Source of the DNA: Sphagnum compactum
Lineage: Eukaryota
DNA: 64,000 nt
Direction of reading: 5' to 3'
NCBI GenBank assembly: GCA_965153455.1
Contig: OZ234494.1
Coordinates: forward strand, 10,664,001 to 10,728,000
Of this stretch, positions 15,749 to 29,500 are shown piece after piece (position 1 is the stretch's first letter; each line of letters starts with the position of its first letter). Below the pieces are notes generated by a model. That model was not told the origin of the DNA. It was given only the letters and a program-made list of their open reading frames with translations, and searched no databases. The position numbers were made by a program, and so were the translations under genes.

Positions 15749-15887
15749 CACTAGAAGAAAAATCTCATTTTTCGACTTGTCTTAGGCGATTAAAAGTGTC
15801 TTTTACGACTATTTTTGATCAAAAATAGTCGCAAAAAACATTTTTAGTCGCCTAAGTAAAGTCGAAAAATGGGATTTTTCTTCTAGA
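15749..15887. mobile_element. CACTA-ended miniature palindromic element
   Basis: Starts CACTAGAAGAAAAA; 15751-15886 folds back about the central GATC (15817-15820); TTC on both flanks; right terminus damaged (CTAGA instead of CTAGTG). Confidence 0.7.
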
Positions 15888-18800
15888 TTCGAATTTAAAA
15901 AACCAGTTGCCAAATAGACAATTAGATGTGATTTAAATGAGTGCATTTGAATGTATAATACCAATTGAGATTCCAAATTCAATATTTGAATATCTAAACT
16001 AAATATTAAGATTATTCTAATGCATTTATATTAATTGTTTATAAATTCATTACAAAATTCAATGTAGGTATGAAAATTAAAATTCAATTAAATTAAATAG
16101 TGAAATGAAGGTATGTAGGTAAATATGTAAATACATATTACTTAGATAAATAACTAGGTAAATAGGTAGGTATTATTTACTAACTACCATGCACGCACCT
16201 TTTACCTATTTACATACATACATCATTATGAAAAATCATTTTCATTTGTCATATCTAATATGATGCATTTTGGTTCTATAAGTATTTAATTGAATATTTG
16301 AGCCTTGGGAGGTTTGATGCTCATGTGACATATCTGATATGTTGTATTTTTATTTTATGGGTCTTTTATTGAACTTGATTTCACCTTGGGACGTATTATG
16401 TTCATTTGGCATATCCTACATTAGCATATAATACCTATTAACCTATATAGTCTCTATAGCCATTGTATAGCCCTCACAACCCTTGTACCCCTATATAGCT
16501 CTATGTAGTCCCCATAGCCCCTACATTGTCCCCTAGCCTATTTAGCTAACAAGTGAAACAACCTATAAAGCATAGATGAGGTGGGCAGGCTGTAGTGGAT
16601 TTTGTTTTATTTTGGTTTTCTCTTTTTTTTGGGTTCACACTACCTTGGGGGACTTTGTGCCAAGTTTGTGAGATTGGTCCTTTGTTTTGATGACTTTACG
16701 GATAACAAGCAATGATTCATGAGGACACAAAGAAGCAGTTGAAGTGGGCGGCTCCAAAGCACTACTTGGAGAATAGTCGTCAAGGCTACAAATGTCTCGC
16801 CAATTAAATTAATGCTATGTATCTTTGTGGAAATGCTCACCAGTGAGGCTGCATAAAAAAAACTGAAGCCTAGCATCTCTCTCCGGTTTCATTGCAGTAA
16901 AAATAAAATCCTTTTTGCATGTCAGAAATTGGAGTATTTGAAATATATTCCCAAGAGAAAGGCAAGGATAAGAAAGAATCAAGTGTCACGTTCTGTCACG
17001 AAGCATATCCAGTAAAGAAAGGGGAGGTAAACCTGATAAAACTCCAAGCCTAGAAGAACCCTCCCTTGCGGTCACGGCCCGCCTCGAGATGGAGGCAGCC
17101 TTCGCTCTAGCCAAGAGTCCACCACCCGGCACGCCCCACCTCCACCCCACGTTTTGCCCCCACCGGCCTCAAGGGGAATGAACCCAGTCGGAGACCTTAC
17201 AGAGAACTGGGATGAAAAGGCGACAAGCGCTGGTCAGCCTCGTCCGCTTCACGAACGGGTTTGTAGCAGCTGAGCAGATTCAGCTCTGCATGGTTTTGCA
17301 TAAAACCACGCAGCATGGTTCTACATGGTTTTTTAATTCTGCAAAAGAACTCAGCAATGTCGTTTTAAATTTAAGAACTATTTTAAGAACTCTGAATCTT
17401 CCAGGTCAGAACATGCTACTGAGCACTGGCATAGATTCTGACACCGGAAAATGAGTGCTTCCTTTTCTATTTCATTAACTTCTACAGCCAAAAAGTCAAA
17501 CCCTGCGCCAGAACAGAACCACACGGTTCTCCGCCGGGGTGCCCGGTGCACTGGAAAGGACTCCGGAAACTACTCGATGGGCCGCAGGTATTTAGCGGTT
17601 GACTTATAAGTACTGATTCTTATCATGGGCCCGGTACAAGGGAATAAAAAGTTGCCGTATGTCCTGTTCACTTGTCCTGGGGCCCCTACAAAGGCATAAA
17701 AAAGTTGCCGTATGTCCTCTACACTTGTATGGGCCTACGGCTAGAAGCTACAAACAGCATGGAATTCCACTGCTATTTTGGTTTTCATTTAATTGAAAAC
17801 GGGTGTTAATTATTACAATCCCTTTGAATCCATAAGGATGCAATCTTTTGAGACTCGACTTTTGGAGCTGCTTCAAGAGATGAGGCATACAGTAAACTTA
17901 CACAAGGGCTTTTCTATGGCGGAGAGAGAGTGATCACTTAAACCAATCCTTTAAAAAATGTGGTATGTGGTGTTAAAGCATCAAAAATTGTTAATTGCAC
18001 ATGTGAGTATGTGCATAATCATCAGTGTTAACCTTCATCATATACTTTAAGACTTAGGTAAATAAGAGTTTCATAACAATCAATATAGGAGGATTACCTC
18101 ATAGATTTTACACATTGGAATCTGTGAAATATCATAGGATTTATGTTGAACGAATTCATCCAAGGTTAAGAGGTGGTTGATTTGCAAATGGAGATGAGTT
18201 GTTAATCTAATTTATGGCTTATTAACATAGTAAACAAAAATGGGGATCAATTAGGTTGACTTATAGGTTTCAAATGCGTTTAAATTATAAGGTGAAGATG
18301 TCAAATAATATAAAGCCTCATTTATCACATGGATGGACATTTTGGAAAAGTACTTGGCAACATAATCTGATGGAATTATAACTAATATCTTCATAAGAAA
18401 TGACGAGTAATAAAATTAAAATGTGCATTAGACATATATGAACAATAGAACTAATCATGCATTTCCTTCAAGTATTTAAAGAGGTTATGCTACCAGCGAT
18501 TTTTCATTTGTTCATTAAGACTTGGGTGAAAGCATGGTAAGTAGAACAAGAAAATGCCATTGCAAAATTCAGTTTTAAAATGAAATAATTCTTTATATAA
18601 ATATGAGACAATATTTATTCAAAAAAATTAAAATTTTCATTATGAAACCGTTGCCCACCTAATTTGTGTACCATGGTGGACATTTTTTATAAATGAAAAA
18701 TGTTTAAAAAATTAATACGATGTTTAAAATAAAATCTTCAATATTTTGAAATGTGGGATTTACATGGATCATGAACTACACCATTTTTGTTGGAAAACAA

Positions 18801-21371
18801 CTTGCCCTATAATACTTTTTTGAAATAAGAATAAGGGTGATCATTGTATGTTAAAATTTGACATTACTTGAGACAAAGAAGGTATTTTTTGGGGGCTATT
18901 ATTTACCATAAGTTTAATTAAAATTTTCACCTTATTATAATATTTAATCCTCCCTATGCTTAATTTAGTTTATTATCATTAAAATTTTGAAACTGTATAT
19001 ATATATATAAAATTGAAGTGATGAGGAATATGAAAGATTCACAATTTGTTCACATCTTTCTATATATCAAACAAACAACCATTGAGAGAAAAGACAATCA
19101 TATAAAGACAAACTAGTTGTCAAGTTGAGGAGGAATCCTAAGCAACATTGACTAATTCATCTTGGAAACTTCCATATCTCTTTTGTGATACTATTCTTCC
19201 CCCCCCTCCTCTTCAACAAAAATCAAAATCAAAGGCATTGAATAAAAAATTTCCTAATTATTAATACATGATTCAATACATTCAAAATATAAGGTATTCA
19301 TTAAATGCATATTTTGATTTTGAAAATATGCATGATGCCATTATAGAAACAATGGAATAATTATAAATTTTAACCAATAACCATATTATAGCCCCTTGCC
19401 CCTCCAAATAACAAATGCAGAAAAGTTTTTTTAGTTTGGCTAAAACTTAATTATCATTTTTTGAATTGTCTTTTTAACATTCAAATTATGTTCTAGATAG
19501 AAATTATTATGAAATGAAAACATGGATCATGATTTTTTTGTACAAAGATATCGGAACTTGGCATTAAATGTGTAATTTAGTCAAAACTAGGAGTTCACAT
19601 GAATCAAGACAAAGTTGAGATGTAAGAGAAAATTTCAATAACCTGATATCTAGCAATTGAAATTCTAAGTTGTTTCATTTGAGGAACCAAAAATCATTTT
19701 GAGAGGGACAGTTATTGAACTATTCATCAATTGTGATGACAGTCAAAAATTGTGGCAAACAACTTTAAGAAACTAAGAGATGTGGCTTCCTCAAGATTTT
19801 GATGAAAAATCAAGAAGACATTTTATGCATGAAGTTTTTTTTCTGAATTCTTTTGCAGTGATATAGGCTAGCTACATGAATCAAATAGCAATTAACTCAA
19901 AATTAACCTTGTTTAATTTGAATGTTGGATATATATAACAGGTACACATTCAAACTTTGGAAATGTATTGAAAAGAAAATCAGATTTAAATATGTTTTTA
20001 TAATTCCATTCCACATATAGAATTTCCCAATATTGATGAAAGAGAAAAACAAAAATGTCCTGAACTCAAGAAGGTATTATCATTTCAAGACGTCATAGAG
20101 AATCAAATATACCAAAATGCTTATATTTAGAAAAAGTGTTGGGTAAGCAAGAAATTAATTAGATGAAGATTCCTTTTGAAATGATGAACCAGATTTTTGG
20201 GAATCTTGATAAAATTAAATAGTAAATATTTCACATGATAATATAATTGAACTATAAAATATATGAGTCATAGCATCATTTTTAATCGAAAGGTTTGGCA
20301 CATATCAATTTAGATATTGGTAAGGAATAAAAGGTTTGGAAGTAAATGATTTACCATGTTATGATGTAAGCATGTGTAAATGTACGTAAGCATTTGTAAA
20401 TGCATGGCCTCATTGAGATTCAATTTGAGGTTTGAATGGCAAATCTACCATCCTAGTTGATATTGAGTTCAACTAATTTTAATTTGATTTTTAATTGTAA
20501 ACTGTCCTTGTTTTGCACAAATACAAATATTAAAAAATGAGTATGCAAAGTCAATCCTTATAATTTTCCAAAATACTAGTAGGTCAAAAAAATCATTTTA
20601 TCCAACAAATAGTAATTTAAATTGTTTAAATACAACATCTAAAGATGATGAACAATATTTTTTGAACCCTTATACATTCAAATTAAAAAATGAAAAGGGT
20701 TCTAAGTTGTTGTTTCATTGCCACAACAATTGATCCCACTTATGCTAAAAACAACCATAATTAGAATTCTTATTTGAACAAATATTTGAAAAGTTATTGC
20801 TAGGTGTGAAACTAGATTATAGGGATTTCATTCAAATGAATTAAATCAACACGACTACAAAACTTGGAATAAGAATGTGAGTTCGATATGCCAAACATGA
20901 CATTGTTTGATTGTAATCTAATATCCTTTTTTAAAGACGAATTTGATAGAATTTTTTCATTGACTGAAAAGAACGACACATTGACACAATGTGAAATAGA
21001 AGATCATAATCCACTTTCACACAAAGATACATTGTCAAATCTATTTATAATGGGATTTTGATTAGGTGGTTTAAGTGGATTATGTAACAGAGTAGTCTAC
21101 AACTAATAAATACAAGATGTGATGAGAGAGTGAATGCACATTCTAGGAGAGAGCTGAATGTTTGCTCAATGACCTATCTACACTAGCTTTTCTGGGATTG
21201 AATTATGGTTTCATTACACATGTGTTAAGGTATCATCAAACAAATCTTAACAATGGCCAGTCTCCAATTGTGAATCATCTCTCTTGAGATCACTTATTCC
21301 AAGGGAGAGGTTCTTGATCCAGGGTCAAAGTTGGTCAAATCATACCTGAATCAGAAAACAATCTCACCTAA

Positions 21372-21673
21372 GGCCCACTTTACACTAGGAGTCAAGGCCA
21401 ACATTCAATTCAAATCAAGCATTCCTAAGCTGAAGTCAGCCCCAAAGGCTTTACACTTGGGGTCAAGTCTGAAATAGGAAAAATCTTTTCAATCTGCCCC
21501 AAGTTACTAATAAATGCTAAACTTTATGTCCTTGTATTGGTCCCCAGGATGAAAAAAGGATACCATCAAATTTGGGAAGCCAATGTGCAACCCTTGGGTG
21601 CAAACAACAACCCAAAACTGATCAAAGTCAGCCCCCAGGCTTTTCGGCCGTAACTCCTAGTGTAATGGGGGCC
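21372..21673. mobile_element. Tourist-like (PIF/Harbinger) MITE ~1.9 kb upstream of RLK copy A
   Basis: TIRs ggcccactttacactaggagt / actcctagtgtaatgggggcc; TAA on both sides; copy B retains only the right half (~53535-53695). Confidence 0.75.
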
Positions 21674-22987
21674 TAAGTTATTGTACAAATAATTAGTGAT
21701 CTCAGGCGTAATCTTAGAGCACTTTGTTGCTAGAGCATCTCCACCCCCAGACCGGCAAACACCCCTTTTCAGTAAGTCTTGGAGCAGCATAGTGCAAATC
21801 CTGCTGCTTCTTTGGTTTTAGTGGTCCATTTTGCAGTAGTCATTTTAACCCCTAAAAGAACTTTTTTCTACTATGAATTTCGACAGTGACTATTACTCTC
21901 ATCCAGATGTAAAGGCATAAATAGTCTTTGAGTGTTTAAAGGGACTTTTATGACATTTGTGGGTGTGGACAGTGATCATTAAACAATATTCTATTCTAAA
22001 ATAAAGGAGTTGTTTACTGTTTTGCGGGTGGAGATGCTCAGAGATCATAGTTTCTAAATTTGAAACTTTGCACACACCCCCTCAAAATACTAAATAAAAA
22101 ATTGCACCCCCAGAATAAAATTGTAGTTTGGTTCTCTCCTTTTGGCCCTACATAAGGTTACGAAAGTTCAACTTTGGGCAAAGGTTATGTGACATGGTGT
22201 GTTGCTACAGGGACTGTCTTTGGGAACACATTGGGAACTTGGGGGGAATGTTAAGGATGCATTCAGAACCTGGTGGGAACGCATCAAAAACTTCATGGTA
22301 CTTAAGCCCCTGCCATTAGTCCAAGCCAAAAAATGGTGACAAACAGTTTTGAAAATAGAAATTCTGTGCAATCAATGGGAAGGCTTAACATGCACTCATG
22401 ATGGACCTGTTTTTTCCTTTTGGGGGTGGGGTCGGCGGAATTATTTTTTGCGTCTTTCCCTTGTTCTCAATGTGTTCTCAGAATGCGTTCCCCAAGATGA
22501 TCCCAATAGCACCTGGGTTTTATCCCATATGGTTTGCCCAAAGTTCAACTGCCCTGAATATAAACTAAAATGGTCAAATCCACAGGGTGGACATTTGTTT
22601 TTATTTTGCAACTGAGGTCCAAAGAGGTGCTTCTATTTGGGGCGTGCCCAATGTTCCAAAAACATTTGCTGTTGCGCCAATCAATATGGCTTCTCTAAAA
22701 AAGAATAGAATTAAAGTTGTGAGTGCAAACATGATCCAATTAATATGAATCACACTATACTATATTAATTAATAGACTAATCATGTCAACAGATAATTGG
22801 GAGATACGTGGCGGTAGCAGAAATGGCCATTTAAAAATAGCATCATTGGTTAAATCTGATCTTATTGTCTAATGAGGTCCATAAAGACTAATCTAGAGAC
22901 TAGTGCAAGTGCATGTTAATTTGTAGGTGGCATATGAACTGTTCGACCTCAAAGGAGTCAGTCCCAGGCTTGTTTTTTTAAAATCTG

Positions 22988-23225
22988 CAGTGTAGCAAGG
23001 TGGCGAGTATCCTCAGTCAAAATGCGACATAAATGGCGACGGTTTAATGATTTGGCCATTAAAACTGTCGCCCACAGGCAGCCCTGTGGCGACACTCCCT
23101 CGAAACAACTTTGATACTGTCTCAATTTTCGCGATTTGTTTTTGTAAAAACAGACCGTTTTCGCCAGATTTTGGAGGCAGAGTCGCCTTTTGGCGATTTT
23201 TCGCAAAAAAACAAACAAATCACTG
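22988..23225. mobile_element. CAGTG...CACTG-bounded, ggcga/tcgcc-rich MITE-like insert in the proximal promoter (also at ~55660-55900)
   Basis: 5-bp inverted ends, repeated TCGCC/GGCGA words and internal hairpins; no TSD recognised. Confidence 0.4.
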
Positions 23226-23586
23226 CAAAGGATCTTTCACGTTTGCAACCATACGTTACTTTAGGAATAATACGGCCTTTTCTACTGCGACACAGCTGCC
23301 TGCAACTACGGCTTTGCCGATTCCATCGGTTGGATGTGCAACTAGGCATCCAGATTTACCGATACTTGAAGGCGGTAGCGCACAGAAACGAACGCCCTGG
23401 TTGCTACTATACAAATTGCGTCTGAGAGGTGCGCTGCTTCTTCATGAGAGGATACAAGCTAAGCTCACAGTAAAGCGCTTTTTGTATGCATGGTTTGCTT
23501 GAGTGGGTACTACATTGACAGGTGAAGCGTGCAGTGACAAGGTTAAGATCATCTGTTATTTGTGCTCTGCATCAGTGGACAAACAA

Positions 23587-26500
23587 ATGGAAGTCTGGAT
23601 GGCCACGTTGTTGCTGGTTGCAGTACTGCTGGAAGCTCTACTGTGCAGTCTGTCCACTGTTCCAGGCGTGTCGGCCCAAGCTCCAGGTTTGTGGCCTATT
23701 CATACAAACCGTCTCTGGTTTGTGCACCCTTGCATAGTATGAACTATGTACTGATCGTGTTCCACTTTGGAAAATTGGGTAGCTCTCAATTCCCTTGTAT
23801 GCACATGTTTCTTTGAATACGAAATACAAAACTGAATTTCCCAGCAAAATGCGATGAAACTTGAAGAAAAAAGTGAACTAGTGTTCAAAGAGTTTGGATT
23901 TCTTTGTGGGGACGTGAATCAACGTTATCTCCTAGTATTTTGACAAAGTATCAATTCTAGGTCATGAAGTTGTGCCCAGAGGTTGATATTTGAGGCCACG
24001 CATCCTACCTTTTCTTAAGAAAAAACAACTATAACTTACGCATCAACCAAACAAGGTGCGAATCAAGTAGGCACACTCGTTGGCAACTGGCTTCACAAGA
24101 TGTCCGGTACATAATCAACGAATCATAGGTCTAGTCCAGCTCTGTGCTCTCAAACATCTAAGGTTCACCACTTCAGTTCTCAGCACGCGAGTGGCCTCAA
24201 GATATAATACAACATGAGTTGACTTCATTTTTTCATGTTGGCATGCAGGATCCATCTTTGTCGACTGCGGTTCAAATACCAAATATGTAGACAAAGTCAC
24301 AAATATAACATGGGTCCCTGATGCTGCATTTATAACATCTGGCGTAAACGGATATGTCCCTAGCGCCCAGACGAATTATCCAAGCTTCTCTGAATTCACA
24401 ACCGTGAGATACTTTCCCGATTCTCATCCCAAAAACTGTTACACCTTTCCAGTAGTGCCAAAACAGATCTATCTAATGAGAGGGACATTCTTCTATGGTT
24501 CTTATGACAATGCCACCACACTCCCTAGCTTTCACATGGGTATTGATGGGAATATTGTTGCCAATGTTTCCTTTAATGACGCCAATACATTTGTGTATTA
24601 TGAATTTAGTTATCCATCTCAGCAGAATGTGACGTTTTTATGCCTATTACGAGACTCCTCTAATTCTGTTCCATTTATTTCTGCAATATCTTTTTCACTC
24701 TTGCCGAATTCTTATTTTGACTATGGAGATTATGATTTTAATTCGTTCTTCGAGACAAAATACAGGTTGAACTTTGGTGGAAATGGAATCATCAGGTGTG
24801 TCAGCCAAATTATGTCGATTCCAAATTGCCTATTGTGCTCTACATGTACCGATCAAGTTGTTATAACTTCATGAAGTGGGGTTAAGTTACTCCTCTAAGA
24901 GTTCTCACCTAATGTCATCGAATAAATTACAGCACTTAGAAATCACATAGAATAACAATGTCATTAATGGTGCCACAAAAATATGCTTCTTGATTAATGT
25001 AAATAAATTACCTCTAGTTTGCTGAAGCTTCGAATACACTAAGTATTAATGATCAAAATATTAAACACGCATATTGCATTTATGTTTGATGCATCATAGT
25101 CCTACTGCCTCTGAATATTTTGGGAATGATTCCCTTGACCTATGGTTGATTTGCATACAAGTAATCATAGTTTGCTTATCGTTCTATCTTTATAACATTT
25201 TTTGTTATTGCAGATGTCCTGATGATCTTTACGATCGATATTGGTTTCCAGTGCTAGGGTCAAATTCAACATTTGTACAAAGTACCAATATTTCAGGGCT
25301 ACAAATTTTAATGACTAACAACTCAGTCTTGCCAATGGCTGATAACGTGAACGACTACCCCCCTGAAGCAGTCATGCGTACTGCCCTGACTGACACAAAC
25401 GGCAACATGACAATCTCCTTCCCAGACATGAATAGCTATGAAGTGTTTCTGTCACTTTACTATGCTGAATTAGATCCAACTGCAAATGGTACTTCACGAA
25501 ATTATTATGTAGCCACATCTGATTCTTATCCCATCTTAGTAAATCCAGTCCTCAACCAGTCAAGTAGTAACTCAAATGGTAACAGTTTTCCTAATGTCTT
25601 AAACTTTGGCTTCTTTCTGTATACCGAAGGATTTAATATTCTTCTCTATCCAGACCCCACTAGTCCTCTGGGTCCCTTGGTGAATGCCTTGGAGATTTTG
25701 GAATTTGGAATCCAAACGGCTACATTGACAAACCTTCAAGATGGTGAGTTAATCATCTGGGTGTGAGTTCTGGTTTTTGGTTGTCTTTTACTAATTTTCA
25801 TGAGAAGACACCCATGACATTCCACAGGAAGGGAATCATTTTCACATCTCAAGTTAACATGTCCGAGGAAATTATCCATAGTGCGATCTAGTTACTGTGC
25901 TAAATTTAGTGTTGGATCTTTTGATGTTAACTATTGTTTTGTTCGACATTGCCCCTCCAAAAAATCTCAGGTCTGACCTTGTTGATCTAAAAAGTCTTCA
26001 ATTGCATCATATTGGCTGATGGCTAGAACAATGGTTTTCCATTATGAACCACATTACATTACCAAAACAAAGATAAACTACATTCCATAATTTCTAAATT
26101 TTAATCTACCAAATTATTGGTTCAAAGTATTGCTGAAAGTTGCGACAATTAATAGAAACTAGTATGTGATGTGCATGTAGCACTTGCTATTGAGGAGATA
26201 AAGTCAATCTACAACCTTACTGAATGGGGCGGTGATCCCTGTCTTCCAATTCCGCATCCCTGGGTTACATGTAACTTTGACAGCCAGACCATCCCTTCAA
26301 TTATTGGCGTGTGAGTAATTTTCCTATTCAACTATATAACCATTTTATTGACATTGTTATAGAAGATCACAAACAGATTTTCAATATCTTCACTAATTTG
26401 CATCCAACTTTTTTCCAATTGAATTTGAAATCTAATTATTCAATTCAATTCAAAATGCATGCAATGTCATTCAATATTTTCATTTAAATGGAACTTAATT

Positions 26501-29500
26501 TTCACCAAATTTTTTTTTTCATCCATTGATCAATTATTCATCACTTGTAGTGCTAAGTAATGTGGAGCCCAAGTTTGATTAATATAATTATTTGTGAAAT
26601 ACCCCAAACTGGGGACTAAATAAGAAGTCAGGATGAAAACAGTAAGAAAAGCCCAGGGCACAAAACTAGTTTCGAGCCTAAATTAGTCTTCAGGGAAGTT
26701 TCACCCCCAATTTTGTATTTGCTTTACTTGTGCCTTGGTTGGTTCATATTCTTTATGGTATTAGGCCTTGTGAAAATAGGATTTGTAAATCTTCTAAACT
26801 GATACCTTCTTTCATGGAATGGTACCCAATTTCGCTCACTTTATAGATACACAAAGTCAGGACGAAGGAGGGGGTAGAAGGTCAAACTGGAATGTGATTT
26901 TACAGATAACGGTTCTTCGCAGGGTTGCACTGTTAGGCCCAGAAAAGGACACCAAATAGTGCTCGATGGAGGGAATTTAGCATCTTGCTAATCTAAGGGG
27001 CATAAGCTACTGAAAACTTGTAAACCAGAGATGGCTGGTACTGTTTCACTCTAGTTTAGGGTCGAGCAGGCTTTCTCAAACACACCAACAAAGTTTGTTT
27101 GTATTTTCAGGTGTCCTTGTTTGTAAGCTCAAGTCCTTGGGCTTAGAGACATGAGCTCTTTTAGTAATTTTATCCTAGACCAATGACTAGCTTGCCACCA
27201 ATGATAGTCTCATTTTAAAATTGTCATGTAACCTAGGGGCCCACAATGATTCTTGGGGATTTGAAATACTATGCAAAATATCTCACAACTTAGGGGTTAT
27301 TTTCTCACCTGCGACATTTGGTCACTTTTAGTGTTTCATAGATCTTAGCAAGATTTACTAATCTACACTAGCAATGGTGATTAACTACTGGTTAACCTCT
27401 GGTTAATCATCAATTCTAATCATTTCTTTTTCAAAAATACATATTTTGGTTTTGGTTTGAGTTCTGACACACATAATTAGAACCTTGAACCCAACCAATT
27501 TTGGGTTCGGTTCTTTAAATATATTATTCCAATTTTGAAAACCAGACCTGATTCTAATGTAATCCTTACTAATTGAAACCTAAACTGGAGGTTGCAACTT
27601 TAACCTGCCAAACTGAATACCCACCCAATACAGGAAATAACCCTCCTGTTATTGTTGGTACACCATATACACAGGTTATTCACAGAGAATAACTGTAATT
27701 ATACTTCATGTCTTATGTTTTGTATGATGTTATTTTTAGGAATATCAACTTGTGCTTAATACTAATCCATGAACATTTCACATCCAGGCAAGACTTTCAC
27801 ATCATTCATCTAACTTTTCTAATTGGGACCTCATGTTGTGATGTTTGACAGGAATCTTGCCCATTACAATCTAAGTGGGCCCATTTCACACGGCTTTAAC
27901 AACCTTGTGAACCTCATCCAGTTGTAAGTAACCTTCATAAGCAATATTTTATTATCTTTGAGATGGTACCAGGTAGGAGTCAACATGTGGGATTTTGGTA
28001 GGAATTTTTTTAAAAATCGATTCTACCATCTTTATTCACAAGAAATGTTTTTGAGTTCCTCTCTTGCATTTTTGATTTTATTTTTAAATGCCCTCAAAAA
28101 AACCAATGAATGCACATATCCCCTAAAAGGTCTTACTCAATAGGATAATGAACTGAGTTTTTCATATTTATGCCCTTTGTGATTTGTTTGAAAAATGATT
28201 TTTTCAAATTACCCCCATGAGGAAAGTTTGGTTATCTCTTGTTCTTGAGTTTTTTTAAACATCACAAAGGTGATTATCAATATTTTCTCCTTAAAAAAGG
28301 GAGTAAATAGGATACAATTCTTATTTACATAAAGAAAAGTGTGCTTGAGTAGTTGTTTAAGGCAAACTAAAGTCTTGAATTGGATAGTAAAACAATGTTC
28401 AATCCTTTTGATAACTTGAAAGGGGAAACTTTCTCCTTTTTTATTAACAAATCCCCAATGGTCCCACTTTCCCCTCCAACCACCTAAATCATCGATGACC
28501 CAAATTATGGTGCAAATCATGTCCCTAAAGATAGGGGGATTTGCAACCATCTCCCCCACAAGGAAACTTGTAAATCTTTGTTGGAATTTATCAAAACATG
28601 GATTGTGTAGCAATTACAAGCATTTGGTCTTTCATTAGATCTTATAAATGTTGGTCTTATGGTTTGAGTGTAGATGATAGTTGATGTGCGTTCATAAATA
28701 TTCACATGATCTTGCATTTACCAACGTCAGCTTCTAATGTAAGACCTTTGATCCAACAATAACTACTCGAACATTCAATTCATGATTTAACAACTAATTG
28801 GCCATGATGGCAGAAAAAGTGGTTGTTATGATCATACAAGAGTATATACTATTTATCTTTATATGGTCATTGTAAATATTGTAGTTTTAATAATTGCACA
28901 TTGGTTAATTTTTCAGTGATGGTGTGTTTTCATACGATATGCAGGGAATTGCAAAATAATACACTGAATGGTTCTATACCTATATTAACGCAGTTAACGA
29001 GCTTAACAACATTGTGAGTATACACATCCACCTTATGTAATTCATAGGGGAACTCTCATTTTTAGATCCACTAATTGGACATGAAGTAAAGACATGATAT
29101 CATGCCCAATAGGCACTAACATTTTGTCTGATATATACAATACATCCCTAAAATCTAAATGCTAATTTCTGTATCCATTCTCCACTAACCTCATTAATAC
29201 TTTGTAGAAAATAATAATTAAGTTTTTTTCTTGCTATTATAACCTGAATATTTTAGGAACTATTTAATATATATATATATATTTTATATTTTTGTTTTTA
29301 TAGTTACAATATGCATTGATTCAGCTGTGACCTTTTATTCTCAGATTCTAAAAAGATATTGTGGAACATTGTGTTTTGATCTACAATAGGAATTTGCAAA
29401 ATAATTTTCTATTTGGGGAGCTTCCATATTGGTTGGTTCAACTACCACATCTATCAGTATTGTGAGTATTCTATTATATAGTTTCCACTTCAAAAAGGTT

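Noticed and set aside
23047-23502. 151 aa ORF and overlapping ORFs upstream of RLK A
   Set aside because: Frameshifted in copy B (extra A at ~55820), overlaps a MITE-like insert, and has no recognisable domain.
23446-23520. Short upstream ATG ORFs (MRGYKLSSQ*, MHGLLEWVLH*) present in both copies
   Set aside because: The TSS is unknown and the whole region is near-identical between copies, so conservation carries no information.
27958-28143. 61 aa ORF identical in both copies
   Set aside because: Intronic with a TTG start; the identity is explained by the 1.3 kb identical tract.
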